This document shows, one piece after another, positions 9,129 through 18,454 of a stretch of 58,680 nt of DNA (the stretch's first letter is position 1; every line of letters begins with the position of its first letter). The notes under the pieces were generated by a model. That model was not told the origin of the DNA. It ran no database searches and saw nothing but the letters and a program-made list of their open reading frames with translations. The DNA comes from Myxococcota bacterium (GTDB lineage: Bacteria; Myxococcota; UBA4151): positions 1-58,680 of the forward strand of contig JBDQPD010000007.1 of the NCBI GenBank assembly GCA_040260805.1, given 5' to 3'. The position numbers and the translations under genes are program-made.

Positions 9129-10687
9129 TGATCATCCTCACGGTCGCCCAGGGGACACCTGCGGCCGCTGCTGGTCCAGAGAGTTCGGCGACGGATACGA
9201 TCAGCCTTCACCAGGGGCTGATCGTCGCCACCACCGCCGATGGACTCTACCGATGGGATGGCACAGAATGGAAGCTTTGGCACCCTTGGAGCCTGCGTGG
9301 AGTCAACCGATCCTTGGTTGAAGACCAGGAAGACGAAGAGGAGCTCGAAAAGCTCAGAGCCTTTGATGAAGTCGTCGAGGAGCTCGTCCCGAGCTATGGC
9401 GAGTCAGCCGCTTTGCGCGCCGCTACCGATCTGTTGGGGTACGATCGACCCAAGCCCAAACTGCGCTTTGAAGGCGTTCAAGAGCGAACCCAACCGCTCC
9501 ATCGGGCGGTGCTTTCGGCGGCGAGTCATCGCGGCTGGTTTTGGGCATGCACGGTCGATGGGATGGTGCGCGTCGGCGCAACGGTCCGCCGTTTAGCCCA
9601 TCTTGGAACGGCTTGTTACGATCTGGTGGCGGGCGCTGGCCTTCTGGTCGCTGCGACCGAGCGCGGATTCTACCGACTAATTCGACCGGGAGAGTGGGTT
9701 CGAATCAGCGGCCCCTTACCCGGTCTCTTGCTGGGTTTAGGAGCTCGCCAAGGCGTCGCCTACGCTGCGACGAGCGGGGGGATTTTCGAGCTCGGTGATC
9801 GGCCGATTCGTCGTTCGGGTGTGATCGCTGATGCCTTTGGCACGCTCGGCGACCGATTGGTTGTCGTTCGCTCCGGCAAGGTCTCTTTCGTCGACGAGCA
9901 AGGTCAACTGCGTCCAACGGGTAAACAGGTTGCCGGGACGGTCATGCGCGCCGGCGACGGCAGCTTCCTAGTGACCACAGAAGAGATCTGGCGAAGCGTT
10001 GGCGACTCACTGCGCTGGGTGCCGATCCGACCTACCGACGGTGAGCTGCGCGGTGCGCTCGACTACGGCGGGCTTTGGCTCGCCACAAGCAGCGGTGTGG
10101 TCCTCCCTGAGCGGCTTGTCGAAGATCAGATGGTGGCACGGCTCGGCGCCGTCTTGAGCCCCCAGCGCGCGGTCGCGTTTGCCGAAAAGACCCAGCAGGC
10201 GATGCTTCTTCGAGGCTTGGATATGCCCAAGCAAAACCCGGCTTGGGCCACGTGGCTTCCCCAGCTATCCTTCACCTTTGACAACGACGACCGGCGTGGC
10301 GTCGGCATTCGTGATCTCGAAGCGCTGGCGGATTCGCTCGACGTGGAGCCAGAGGATTTAGACCCGGACTTGGTCGAAGCCGAGCGCGAGTGGCGTAACG
10401 ATCTGCTCGATGGGGGGTGGCGAGCTATGGTCAAATTGACCTGGCGTCCGGCGCCTGAGCGGGTAGCTCGCTATCGAGTCAGCTTAGAATCCGCCCGAAA
10501 TGCAACCTTTCGCGAGCGTCGTCGAGTGAGCAAGAAGGCGGCGCGCATGCTCGCCGGCTATCTTGCCGCCGAGCGGCGCCTCATTGTACATCCCCCGCGG
10601 ACGGTTAAGTCAGCCGTGCGTCGGTTGTTAAAAGTACAGACCAAGAGAGCCCTTGTTGAGGGCTTATTGAATCAGGAGATCCCGTGA
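9104..10687 (+). CDS. Secreted protein: beta-propeller-like N-terminus plus C-terminal single TolC/OEP-like repeat
   Basis: Signal peptide; repeated (V/A)AT-x-x-G-(L/F/I/V) blades; C-terminal WLPQLSFTF...VKLTW...helical hairpin, paralogous to the next ORF. Confidence 0.6.
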   Translation: MRFVFASTLIILTVAQGTPAAAAGPESSATDTISLHQGLIVATTADGLYRWDGTEWKLWHPWSLRGVNRSLVEDQEDEEELEKLRAFDEVVEELVPSYGESAALRAATDLLGYDRPKPKLRFEGVQERTQPLHRAVLSAASHRGWFWACTVDGMVRVGATVRRLAHLGTACYDLVAGAGLLVAATERGFYRLIRPGEWVRISGPLPGLLLGLGARQGVAYAATSGGIFELGDRPIRRSGVIADAFGTLGDRLVVVRSGKVSFVDEQGQLRPTGKQVAGTVMRAGDGSFLVTTEEIWRSVGDSLRWVPIRPTDGELRGALDYGGLWLATSSGVVLPERLVEDQMVARLGAVLSPQRAVAFAEKTQQAMLLRGLDMPKQNPAWATWLPQLSFTFDNDDRRGVGIRDLEALADSLDVEPEDLDPDLVEAEREWRNDLLDGGWRAMVKLTWRPAPERVARYRVSLESARNATFRERRRVSKKAARMLAGYLAAERRLIVHPPRTVKSAVRRLLKVQTKRALVEGLLNQEIP

Positions 10688-11280
10688 GATCGATCAGCTT
10701 TATACTCTGCTTTGTGATGGCAAGCCCAGCGCTTGCCGATGACCCACAGGCCGCGGCACAACAAATCCTAGCGCGCTTTGACCATGAGCCCGATGTCCGT
10801 TCGGTTCAGCGTCGAGCCATGGTGTACGCGCATGCTCAGCCTGCGGAGGTCGCCTCGTGGCGCATGCGCTCTCGGCTGGCGAGCTTGCTTCCACAGGTTC
10901 GTATGGGGGTCGATTACGACACCGATCGAGACGACACTCGGACCTTCACCTCGGCGACGAGCGAGCCGCGAAAAGTCGAAGGTGTTGACGAAGGGATGGG
11001 GTATGAACTGCGCGCAACGTGGGATCTCAACGAGGCAGTGTTCAACCGCTCAGAGGTAGCCATTCGCCGCTCTGTCGTTAACGCCTCGCGTCAACGTGAC
11101 AGCCTGGTGTCCGAGGTGACTAAGATTTACTTTTCTCGTCGGCGTGCTCAGGTCGACCTGCTGCTGGCTGAAGACATCAGCGCCAAGGAGCGAGTTAAAC
11201 AAGAGCTTCGCATCGCTGAACTGACGGCTTACCTCGACGGCTTGACCGGGGGTTGGTTCTCAAAGCAGATCCGCCGGTGA
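10684..11280 (+). CDS. Small secreted protein resembling one TolC/OEP repeat ('half-TolC')
   Basis: Signal peptide (ALA-DD); ASLLPQVRMGV, YELRATWDL, EVTKIYF, LDGLTGG resemble OEP repeat hallmarks; GTGA coupling. Confidence 0.6.
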   Translation: MRSISFILCFVMASPALADDPQAAAQQILARFDHEPDVRSVQRRAMVYAHAQPAEVASWRMRSRLASLLPQVRMGVDYDTDRDDTRTFTSATSEPRKVEGVDEGMGYELRATWDLNEAVFNRSEVAIRRSVVNASRQRDSLVSEVTKIYFSRRRAQVDLLLAEDISAKERVKQELRIAELTAYLDGLTGGWFSKQIRR

Positions 11281-12968
11281 AGCGCCTCATCCCTTTGGTC
11301 GCTCTAGCGGCCTGCATTGATACCGATTTACCGCCGATCGACCTGGACGGTCCGATGTTGGTGTCGATCGAGCCTGCGACGGCTCAGCCGCTCCCGCTTG
11401 ATCCTTCGATCCGGCTGGTCTTTTCAGAGCCGCTGGCGCGCCCCACGATCGAACCTGCCCTAGGTGGTCAGTCAGGCACTGTGCTGCTGATGACTCGCTA
11501 CAAACTCGACGGCGATGGCCGCCCTGAACTCGATGACTCAGGACAGCCCGAATCGAATTTGAGCTCGTCGATGATCACCGATCTTAATGCGGGTGATGAC
11601 GGCTTAGACGCGGCGAGCTATTTTGCCCGCTGCGTACAGACTCGGGTGACCTTACTCGATGATGACCAGACCGTTTTGGTCCAACCGATGCAGCGGCTCC
11701 GGGCTAACACGGAATACATGATCGTGCTCTCCAGCGTGATTCGTGACGCCGCAGGCAACCGACTCGGCTCGCCGCCCACGCCAGAGCAAGAGGCTGGTGA
11801 CGGGCTCCCGCATGTCCTTCGTGTCTATCAAAGTGCGGCTGGGCCGCCTTCGGTTATCGGCGCAGATTTGCCTGGATTCACGACCGAGTTGCCGACCGGC
11901 CCTGTGCCGACGAACCGCAGCACCGCTCGGCTCGAGTTTGATCGCTCGATGGCGTCGGTGTCGAGCGGCGATGTCAAACTGGTCTTAGGTGAGAACCTCG
12001 CCAGCGTGACCTTGCCAGCGACCTTAAACGGAAAGATCCTCTCGGTGACGCTCCCGACCTTGGGCGCTGACGCAAACCACAGCGGTCGTTGCCTTGAAGG
12101 AGACGATGCGGACAACTTGTGCCCATCCAGTGATTACGCGCTCATCGTTGAGAACATGCGCGACAACGAAGGCAACGTGATGGAGCAGAACCGGCTGAGC
12201 TTTAGCACCGCTGCGGCTGCCGACACTCAAGCGCCGGTCTTGATCGGAGAGCCCGAGATTGTAGCGGGCGAAACCGACGTCTTGATCCGCTGGAAAACCG
12301 ATGAGGCGAGCAGCACCGAAGTCGTGGTGATGGGCGAATCTGACGAAAGCTTTTACGGCGTCGCCTGCGTCGGGAACCCCTGCGACCACGAGGTGCGGTT
12401 AACCGACCTGAGCATTGGTCAGCAGTTGACCTTTTTCCTGCGCTCGAAAGATTTGGCGCTCAATGCGTTTGAGAGCGAAGACCTGCAGGTGACCACCATC
12501 GATTTACCCGATGTTGCGATCACCGAAGTGCTGGCTGCCTCGGGGCGAGATCCGGACAACTCGGGTGAATACATCGAGTTGTTTAATTTCGGCCAAGAAG
12601 CGATCGAGATCGGCGGTTGGCAGGTTCAGCGTATCGGCAGCGCCTCAAGGATTGATATCCCAGAAGACACGACGATCGCCGCAGGAGGCTTTATCCTGTT
12701 GGTAGGTGACGGGTTTGCAGTTGGAAACTTCAGCGGGGTGACCGAAGGCAACGTGCTGCGCACCTCTTCGAGTAAGCTGTTCAGCTTTGGTTTATCGAAC
12801 TCGGATTTGACGGTGGCTTTGGTCGACGATCAAGGTCGGTCGCTCTCTGCGACGCCTCGATTGGTCTCGTCGACAGGGATGTCCAAGGCTCGTGAACGAC
12901 TCGACGCTGAGGTCTTTTGCAATGCGACGCCAACGCCTTTGTCCTGGACCGCTAACAACTGCCAGTGA
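11277..12968 (+). CDS. Lipoprotein with Ig-like (Big_5-type) and FN3-like domains and C-terminal lamin-tail domain
   Basis: GTGA-coupled start; lipobox LAAC; LVFSEPL, IRDAAGNRL, WKTDEAS, VAITEVLA...GEYIELFN...IGGWQV, terminal TPTP. Confidence 0.75.
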   Translation: MKRLIPLVALAACIDTDLPPIDLDGPMLVSIEPATAQPLPLDPSIRLVFSEPLARPTIEPALGGQSGTVLLMTRYKLDGDGRPELDDSGQPESNLSSSMITDLNAGDDGLDAASYFARCVQTRVTLLDDDQTVLVQPMQRLRANTEYMIVLSSVIRDAAGNRLGSPPTPEQEAGDGLPHVLRVYQSAAGPPSVIGADLPGFTTELPTGPVPTNRSTARLEFDRSMASVSSGDVKLVLGENLASVTLPATLNGKILSVTLPTLGADANHSGRCLEGDDADNLCPSSDYALIVENMRDNEGNVMEQNRLSFSTAAAADTQAPVLIGEPEIVAGETDVLIRWKTDEASSTEVVVMGESDESFYGVACVGNPCDHEVRLTDLSIGQQLTFFLRSKDLALNAFESEDLQVTTIDLPDVAITEVLAASGRDPDNSGEYIELFNFGQEAIEIGGWQVQRIGSASRIDIPEDTTIAAGGFILLVGDGFAVGNFSGVTEGNVLRTSSSKLFSFGLSNSDLTVALVDDQGRSLSATPRLVSSTGMSKARERLDAEVFCNATPTPLSWTANNCQ

Positions 12969-13543
12969 ACGTCTCAGAGCTGTCTATCGAGGAAGCCTGT
13001 CAGCGGATCGCCTCCGGGCAAGCCGTCGCTTTTCCCACGGCCTGCGGTTACGGCTACGCGCTCGATCCCTTTTTAGCCGGAGCCGAGGCGGTGATGAGCC
13101 GCCTCAAGCCAGACCGTCGTGACCCCGTCGGGCTCATCGCCGGAGATCTACAAGCCGTTGACCGTCTGGTGGAAGATTGGTCGCAGGCTGCTCGCCGCTG
13201 CGCCGAGTCGTGGCCGGGGGAGCTGACGTTGGTGCTCAGGGCGGTTTCTGGTCTGCCCACGATGATCGTTTCTGAACTTGGGGGGGTCGCCGTTCGGATT
13301 CCGGACGGCTCGGTGGCTCGAGCGTTAGCGCACCGGTATGGCTCAGCCCTCACCGCAACGAGTCTGAATCAAACCGGTCAAAAGCCGGCTCAAACCATCG
13401 CAGAGTTGACACCGTTTTCGTCCGTGTTAGCAGGCTATCTTGCGGGCGCTTGTGCTTCGGAATTACCGAGTACACTCGTGGATACGCTGGTTGACCCGCC
13501 GCAGGTGCTGCGAGCCGGCAGCGTGGTGTTGCCGTGGCTCTAA
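12965..13543 (+). CDS. L-threonylcarbamoyladenylate synthase family (TsaC/Sua5/YrdC), divergent
   Basis: VAFPT..YG, WPGELTLVL, VAVRIP, TATSLN, PSTLVD, VLRAG. Confidence 0.8.
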   Translation: MNVSELSIEEACQRIASGQAVAFPTACGYGYALDPFLAGAEAVMSRLKPDRRDPVGLIAGDLQAVDRLVEDWSQAARRCAESWPGELTLVLRAVSGLPTMIVSELGGVAVRIPDGSVARALAHRYGSALTATSLNQTGQKPAQTIAELTPFSSVLAGYLAGACASELPSTLVDTLVDPPQVLRAGSVVLPWL

Positions 13544-14271
13544 GCGCATCGGATTTAGAGCGGTTTAGCCGGCAAATTATTTTGCCTTCGATCGGCGGAC
13601 GCGGTCAAGAGCGCATCATGTCCAGTCACGTTGCGCTGGTGGGTTGCGGCGGTTTGGGTTGTCCGGTTGCCCTAGGGTTGGCGGGCGCAGGCTTGGGTTC
13701 ACTCTCCTTGGTGGATCACGACCGCGTCGAGTTGAGCAACTTGCACCGTCAGATAGCGTTTACTCATGCCGATCTCGGCCAGCCCAAAGTCGATGTTCTT
13801 GCGCGTTCGGTCCAAGCCCGCTCCGCCACGCGCCTTGTTGTGCATCATGAGCGTGCTGCTAAAGGTCAACTCGAGCGACTTTTTGAAGGCGCTGATCTGG
13901 TCATCGATGCATCGGACAATTTTACGACCCGCTTCGCCGTCGCCGATGCCTGCGTGCGCCTAGATAAGACCCTCATTTCAGGCGCTGTCAGTGGTTACTC
14001 AGGGCAGCTTTTAGCGCAGAAAAACGGGGGAAAGCCATGCTATCGTTGTCTTTTTGAGTCTGAGCCTGATGGGGGGCGAAGTTGCGACGCAGATGGCGTT
14101 TTGCCTGGGGCTGTATTGAGCGTCGCTGGGATGATGATTCAGTGGGCTCTGCTGACCTTGGTGGGGCGCACAGAGGTACCCTTTGGGACCTTGCTGCAAG
14201 GCGACTTGATGACGGGAGAGTGGCGCCCGCTGACCATTCCAGTGCGGCCCGATTGCCACTGCGTCGAGTGA
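13534..14271 (+). CDS. HesA/MoeB/ThiF family adenylyltransferase
   Basis: RFSRQI, GCGGLG, DHDRVELSNLHRQ, DASDNF..R, PCYRC, terminal CHC. Confidence 0.9.
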   Translation: MALSASDLERFSRQIILPSIGGRGQERIMSSHVALVGCGGLGCPVALGLAGAGLGSLSLVDHDRVELSNLHRQIAFTHADLGQPKVDVLARSVQARSATRLVVHHERAAKGQLERLFEGADLVIDASDNFTTRFAVADACVRLDKTLISGAVSGYSGQLLAQKNGGKPCYRCLFESEPDGGRSCDADGVLPGAVLSVAGMMIQWALLTLVGRTEVPFGTLLQGDLMTGEWRPLTIPVRPDCHCVE

Positions 14272-14374
14272 AAATAGCTAAAAACCTGACCGTTTAGAGG
14301 GCCTGGGGTAGACGACATGAAGGCCTTAACCTAACACCGATTGCGGACTGCCTACGCGCCCGTTTTGGAGAGCC

Positions 14375-15661
14375 ATGAGCGACCACGCTAAACTGACGTA
14401 TAAAGACCACGATATCGACATTCCAGTAGTTGTCGGTTCGGAGGGTGAAATAGGACTGGATCTAGGCGCAGCAAAGCTGCGTGATCAAACCGGTATGGTG
14501 AGCCTGGATGTTGCGTTTAAGCACACCGCATCAACCCAGTCTTCGGTCACGTTCCTTGACGGTGCGAACGGTATTCTGCGGTATCGTGGCTACGCGATCG
14601 AAGATTTAGCAGAGCGCTGCAGCTTTTTAGAGGTCTGCTACCTTCTGCTGCGCGGGGAGCTGCCGAGTGCGCCACAGCTTGAAGGCTATCGTCGAGAGCT
14701 CAATCAGCACACGCTTTTGCATGAAGACTTCAAGCGATTCTTCGATGCATTCCCCAAAGATGCGCACCCCATGGGCATTTTGTCGGCTGCGATGGCGGCG
14801 CTCTCAACCTTCTATCAAGACGGTGATACGGAAGACCCGAAAGCGGTCGAAACCGACATCTGTCGTTTGCTCGCGAAGCTTCCCACGGCGGCAGCCTTTG
14901 CCTTCAAGAAGAACCAAGGCCAGCCCTTTATCTATCCTGATAACTCGCTTCGGTACCCAGCCAACTTCTTGCGCATGATGTTCTCGTTCCCCACCGAAGA
15001 GTGGCTCGCTGACGATGACATTTGTGATGCGCTAGACACGCTGTTGATCCTGCACGCTGACCACGAGCAAAACTGCTCCACCTCGGCGGTTCGTCTCGTC
15101 GGTTCGGGTCACGCGCCATTGTATGCCTGCATCTCCGCAGGGATCAGCGCTCTTTGGGGCCCGCGCCATGGTGGCGCCAACCAAGCCGTGTTGGTGATGC
15201 TTGAAGAAGTGCGCAGCGCTGGCGGCAACGTTCAAAAGGCGATCGAGGCGGCCAAGGACAAGAACGACCCGTTCCGTCTGATGGGCTTCGGTCATCGCGT
15301 GTATCGAAACTTCGACCCGCGGGCTCGAATCCTCAAATCCAAAGCGGATATGGTGCTCGACAAACTGGGTATTCATGACCCGCTGCTCGAGATCGCCAAA
15401 GAGCTCGAAGAGGCAGCGCTCGCCGATCCTTACTTCGTCGAGCGACGCTTGTATCCGAACGTCGATTTCTACTCCGGCATTATTTACCGCGCCTTGGGGA
15501 TCCCAACCGATATGATGACGGTGATGTTCGCCATGGGTCGATTGCCCGGCTGGATCGCTCACTGGAAAGAGATGCGTGAACAGGGGCAGCCGATCGGTCG
15601 TCCGCGCCAGATCTATACGGGACCCAACCACCGCGCCTTTGTCCCGCTCAACGAGCGGTAA
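14375..15661 (+). CDS. gltA: Citrate synthase
   Basis: LRYRGY, HADHEQNCST, HGGAN, GFGHRVY, YPNVDFYSG, RPRQIY. Confidence 0.97.
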   Translation: MSDHAKLTYKDHDIDIPVVVGSEGEIGLDLGAAKLRDQTGMVSLDVAFKHTASTQSSVTFLDGANGILRYRGYAIEDLAERCSFLEVCYLLLRGELPSAPQLEGYRRELNQHTLLHEDFKRFFDAFPKDAHPMGILSAAMAALSTFYQDGDTEDPKAVETDICRLLAKLPTAAAFAFKKNQGQPFIYPDNSLRYPANFLRMMFSFPTEEWLADDDICDALDTLLILHADHEQNCSTSAVRLVGSGHAPLYACISAGISALWGPRHGGANQAVLVMLEEVRSAGGNVQKAIEAAKDKNDPFRLMGFGHRVYRNFDPRARILKSKADMVLDKLGIHDPLLEIAKELEEAALADPYFVERRLYPNVDFYSGIIYRALGIPTDMMTVMFAMGRLPGWIAHWKEMREQGQPIGRPRQIYTGPNHRAFVPLNER

Positions 15662-15699
15662 CGAGTCGGGGTTGTTTCGCTGCCACGTGGGAGTAGCAA

Positions 15700-16614
15700 A
15701 TGAGTTTGTTAGTAGTCGGTTCGGTAGCCTTTGACACTGTTGAGACCCATGCTGGTCGACGCGAAGAGGTCCTAGGGGGGTCGGCGACCTTCTTCTCGAC
15801 CGCGGCGTCGTTCTTTTCGCCGGTTCGCTTAGTGGCGGTGGTCGGTGAGGACTTTCCCCAGCATCATGTGGCTGAACTTGAGGGACGCGGCGTCGACACC
15901 GCAGGCTTGCAGCGACAAGCGGGAAAGACCTTCCGCTGGGAAGGTCGTTACGATGACCTCAACGAAGCGACGACGCTGGACACTCAACTCAACGTCTTTG
16001 AACACTTCAAGCCTGAGTTGCCATCAGGCTTTGAAAGCAGTGATTACGTCTTTTTAGCGAATATCGATCCGGTCCTTCAGGGGCAGGTTCTGGACCAAAT
16101 TCGAGCGCCTCGGTTGGTGGCGCTGGACACCATGAACTTTTGGATTGAAGACATTATCCCGGGCAAACGCGCAGCGCTTGAGGCGGTGATCTCGCGTGTT
16201 GACCTGCTCTTCGTGAACGACAAAGAGGCCGAGCTACTCAGTGGCGAGTCTAATGTGGTCAAAGCCGCTCAGCGTATCCGCGAGATGGGCCCCTCGACGG
16301 TGGTCATCAAACGCGGCGAGTTCGGCGCTTTGATGTTCTCGAGCGATGGAATCTTTGCGGTGCCCGCTATGCCGCTTGAAACGGTGGTTGATCCGACGGG
16401 CGCAGGGGATTCGTTTGCGGGTGGCTTCATGGGTTTTCTCGCCGCCAGTGGTCGTGTGGACGCCGAAGGAATTCGGCGAGCGGCAGTCGCCGGCTCGGTC
16501 ACAGCCAGCTTTGCGGTTCAGGATTTTAGTTTGGATCGACTCAAAACCTTGGACAAAGGTCAGATCTCAGAGCGCTACAACGCCTTTAGAGACTTGGTTC
16601 GTATCCCGGAATGA
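15700..16614 (+). CDS. PfkB family carbohydrate kinase
   Basis: GSVAFD, LGGSA, FVNDKEA, KRGEFG, DPTGAGDSFAGG. Confidence 0.92.
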   Translation: MSLLVVGSVAFDTVETHAGRREEVLGGSATFFSTAASFFSPVRLVAVVGEDFPQHHVAELEGRGVDTAGLQRQAGKTFRWEGRYDDLNEATTLDTQLNVFEHFKPELPSGFESSDYVFLANIDPVLQGQVLDQIRAPRLVALDTMNFWIEDIIPGKRAALEAVISRVDLLFVNDKEAELLSGESNVVKAAQRIREMGPSTVVIKRGEFGALMFSSDGIFAVPAMPLETVVDPTGAGDSFAGGFMGFLAASGRVDAEGIRRAAVAGSVTASFAVQDFSLDRLKTLDKGQISERYNAFRDLVRIPE

Positions 16615-17051
16615 GCGAACCTGGTGCCGACCTCATTACGTCGACCTATCGGGTCATTTATGGTGACACCGATCAGATGGGTGTCGTGTACTACGCCAAC
16701 TATCTCAGACTTTTTGAGATCGGCCGTAACGAGTGGATCCGCGCTTCGGGCATGCCTTACGGTAGGTTCGAAGAGCAGGGTATGATGTTGCCGGTAGCGG
16801 ATGTGAACTGCAGCTATAAGCGCAGCGCAAAATATGATGACCTGGTTGAGATTGATTGTTGGACTGAGAGTCTAGGTAGAGCATCGATCAGCTTTGGTTA
16901 TCGCCTGCGGCGCGATGAGGAGCTGTTGGCGAGCGGCAGCACCAAACATGCGGTGCTTGATCGAGAGACCGCTCGCCTTAAACCCTGGCCTAAGGCTTTG
17001 TATCAAGCGCTTGATGCCTATCGAAAAGGCCTCATTGAGGAGTTGAGCTAA
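16611..17051 (+). CDS. Acyl-CoA thioesterase, YbgC/4HBT family
   Basis: YGDTDQMGVVYYANYLRLFEIGR. Confidence 0.9.
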   Translation: MSEPGADLITSTYRVIYGDTDQMGVVYYANYLRLFEIGRNEWIRASGMPYGRFEEQGMMLPVADVNCSYKRSAKYDDLVEIDCWTESLGRASISFGYRLRRDEELLASGSTKHAVLDRETARLKPWPKALYQALDAYRKGLIEELS

Positions 17052-18016
17052 TGGATAGAAACCTTGCCTTAGAGATGGTTCGCGTGACGGAACGTGCAGC
17101 GGTCGCTTGCGCTCGCTGGACAGGTAAGGGCGATAAAGAGGCCGCTGATCAAGCTGCTGTTGATGCCATGCGTCGCGCCTTTGATGGAATCAGCATTGCG
17201 GGTGAGGTGGTCATCGGTGAGGGCGAGCGGGACGAAGCGCCGATGCTCTTCATCGGCGAGCGTGTCGGGAAGGCTGGTCCTGATGACCCTGAGGTGTCGA
17301 TCGCTTTAGATCCCCTCGAGGGCACCAACTTGTGCGCCTTTGGCAAGCCTGGAGCTTTGGCGGTGATCGCCATTGGGAAAAAGGGTTGCCTGATGAACGC
17401 GCCGGACTCGTACATGGAAAAGATTGCGGTCGGGCCAGTGGGTAAAGGTTGCATCAGCCTGGACAAGAGCCCGACTGAAAACCTGAAGGCGGTGGCGAAC
17501 GCTAAGGGCTGCCAGGTGGAAGATCTGACCGTCGCCATCCTCGAGCGACCCCGCCATCAAGCGATGATCGAGGAGATCCGTGAGGCGGGCGCGATGGTGC
17601 AGTTGTTCAGCGATGGTGACGTCAACTTCGCCCTCGCGACCTGCAAAGAGGACAGCGGTGTTGATCTGTTCATGTCGACTGGGGGGGCGCCTGAGGGTGT
17701 GCTCGCAGCGGTGGCTATGCGCTGCTTGGGCGGAGACTTTCAGGGGCGCATGGCATGGCGCAATGACGATGAGATCGCACGGGCTCGAGAGATGGGTTTC
17801 TCAGAAGATGACCTGACTCGAGTCTGGTCATGCGAAGAGATCGCCTCGGGCGATGTCATGTTTTGCGCTACGGGTGTGACCAATGGCCCCATGCTCCCAG
17901 GCGTTGATTTCTTTGGTGGTGGTGCCACGTCGCACAGCTTGGTTTTACGAAGCAGGTCAGGCACTATTCGGCGTATTGAAACCGTGCACGACTTTACCCG
18001 TCGTCCCTTGGAGTAG
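17051..18016 (+). CDS. glpX: Class II fructose-1,6-bisphosphatase
   Basis: ADQAAVDAMR, VIGEGERDEAPML, DPLEGT, DGDV, GGAPEGV, ATGVT. Confidence 0.96.
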   Translation: MDRNLALEMVRVTERAAVACARWTGKGDKEAADQAAVDAMRRAFDGISIAGEVVIGEGERDEAPMLFIGERVGKAGPDDPEVSIALDPLEGTNLCAFGKPGALAVIAIGKKGCLMNAPDSYMEKIAVGPVGKGCISLDKSPTENLKAVANAKGCQVEDLTVAILERPRHQAMIEEIREAGAMVQLFSDGDVNFALATCKEDSGVDLFMSTGGAPEGVLAAVAMRCLGGDFQGRMAWRNDDEIARAREMGFSEDDLTRVWSCEEIASGDVMFCATGVTNGPMLPGVDFFGGGATSHSLVLRSRSGTIRRIETVHDFTRRPLE

Positions 18017-18019
18017 TTT

Positions 18020-18454
18020 ATGGCTGGCGCCACTCGTAGTTTGATCATCAATGTGACCCCCGAAGAGTTTTACTCGGTGGTCGCTGATTTCGAGGCTTAT
18101 CCTTCGTTTTGCAACGACGTGGACGCTATTCGAGTGACCTCTCGTGACGGCGATTCGGCGCGAGTCGTGTTCACCATCAAGGTGGTCAAGTCGATCGAAT
18201 ACACGCTGGATTTGGTCGGCAAGCCTCACACGGAACTCAAGTGGACTCTGCATTCGAGCAAGTGGTTCAAACACAACAACGGCGGTTGGGATATTAAAGA
18301 CCTCGGCGATGGTCGCATTGAAGCGCATTACGGAGTCGATGTTGGACTTGGCGTCTTTGTCCCTAAGGCGATCACCAAGCGGCTCGTTGAGTTGACCTTC
18401 CCGGCCATGCTCAACCAGTTCAAGAAACGCGCCGAGCAACTCTTCCCGAAATGA
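18020..18454 (+). CDS. SRPBCC / polyketide cyclase-like (Coq10/RatA-type) protein
   Basis: YSVVADFEAYPSF, F..NNGGW, C-terminal FKKRAE helix. Confidence 0.8.
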   Translation: MAGATRSLIINVTPEEFYSVVADFEAYPSFCNDVDAIRVTSRDGDSARVVFTIKVVKSIEYTLDLVGKPHTELKWTLHSSKWFKHNNGGWDIKDLGDGRIEAHYGVDVGLGVFVPKAITKRLVELTFPAMLNQFKKRAEQLFPK

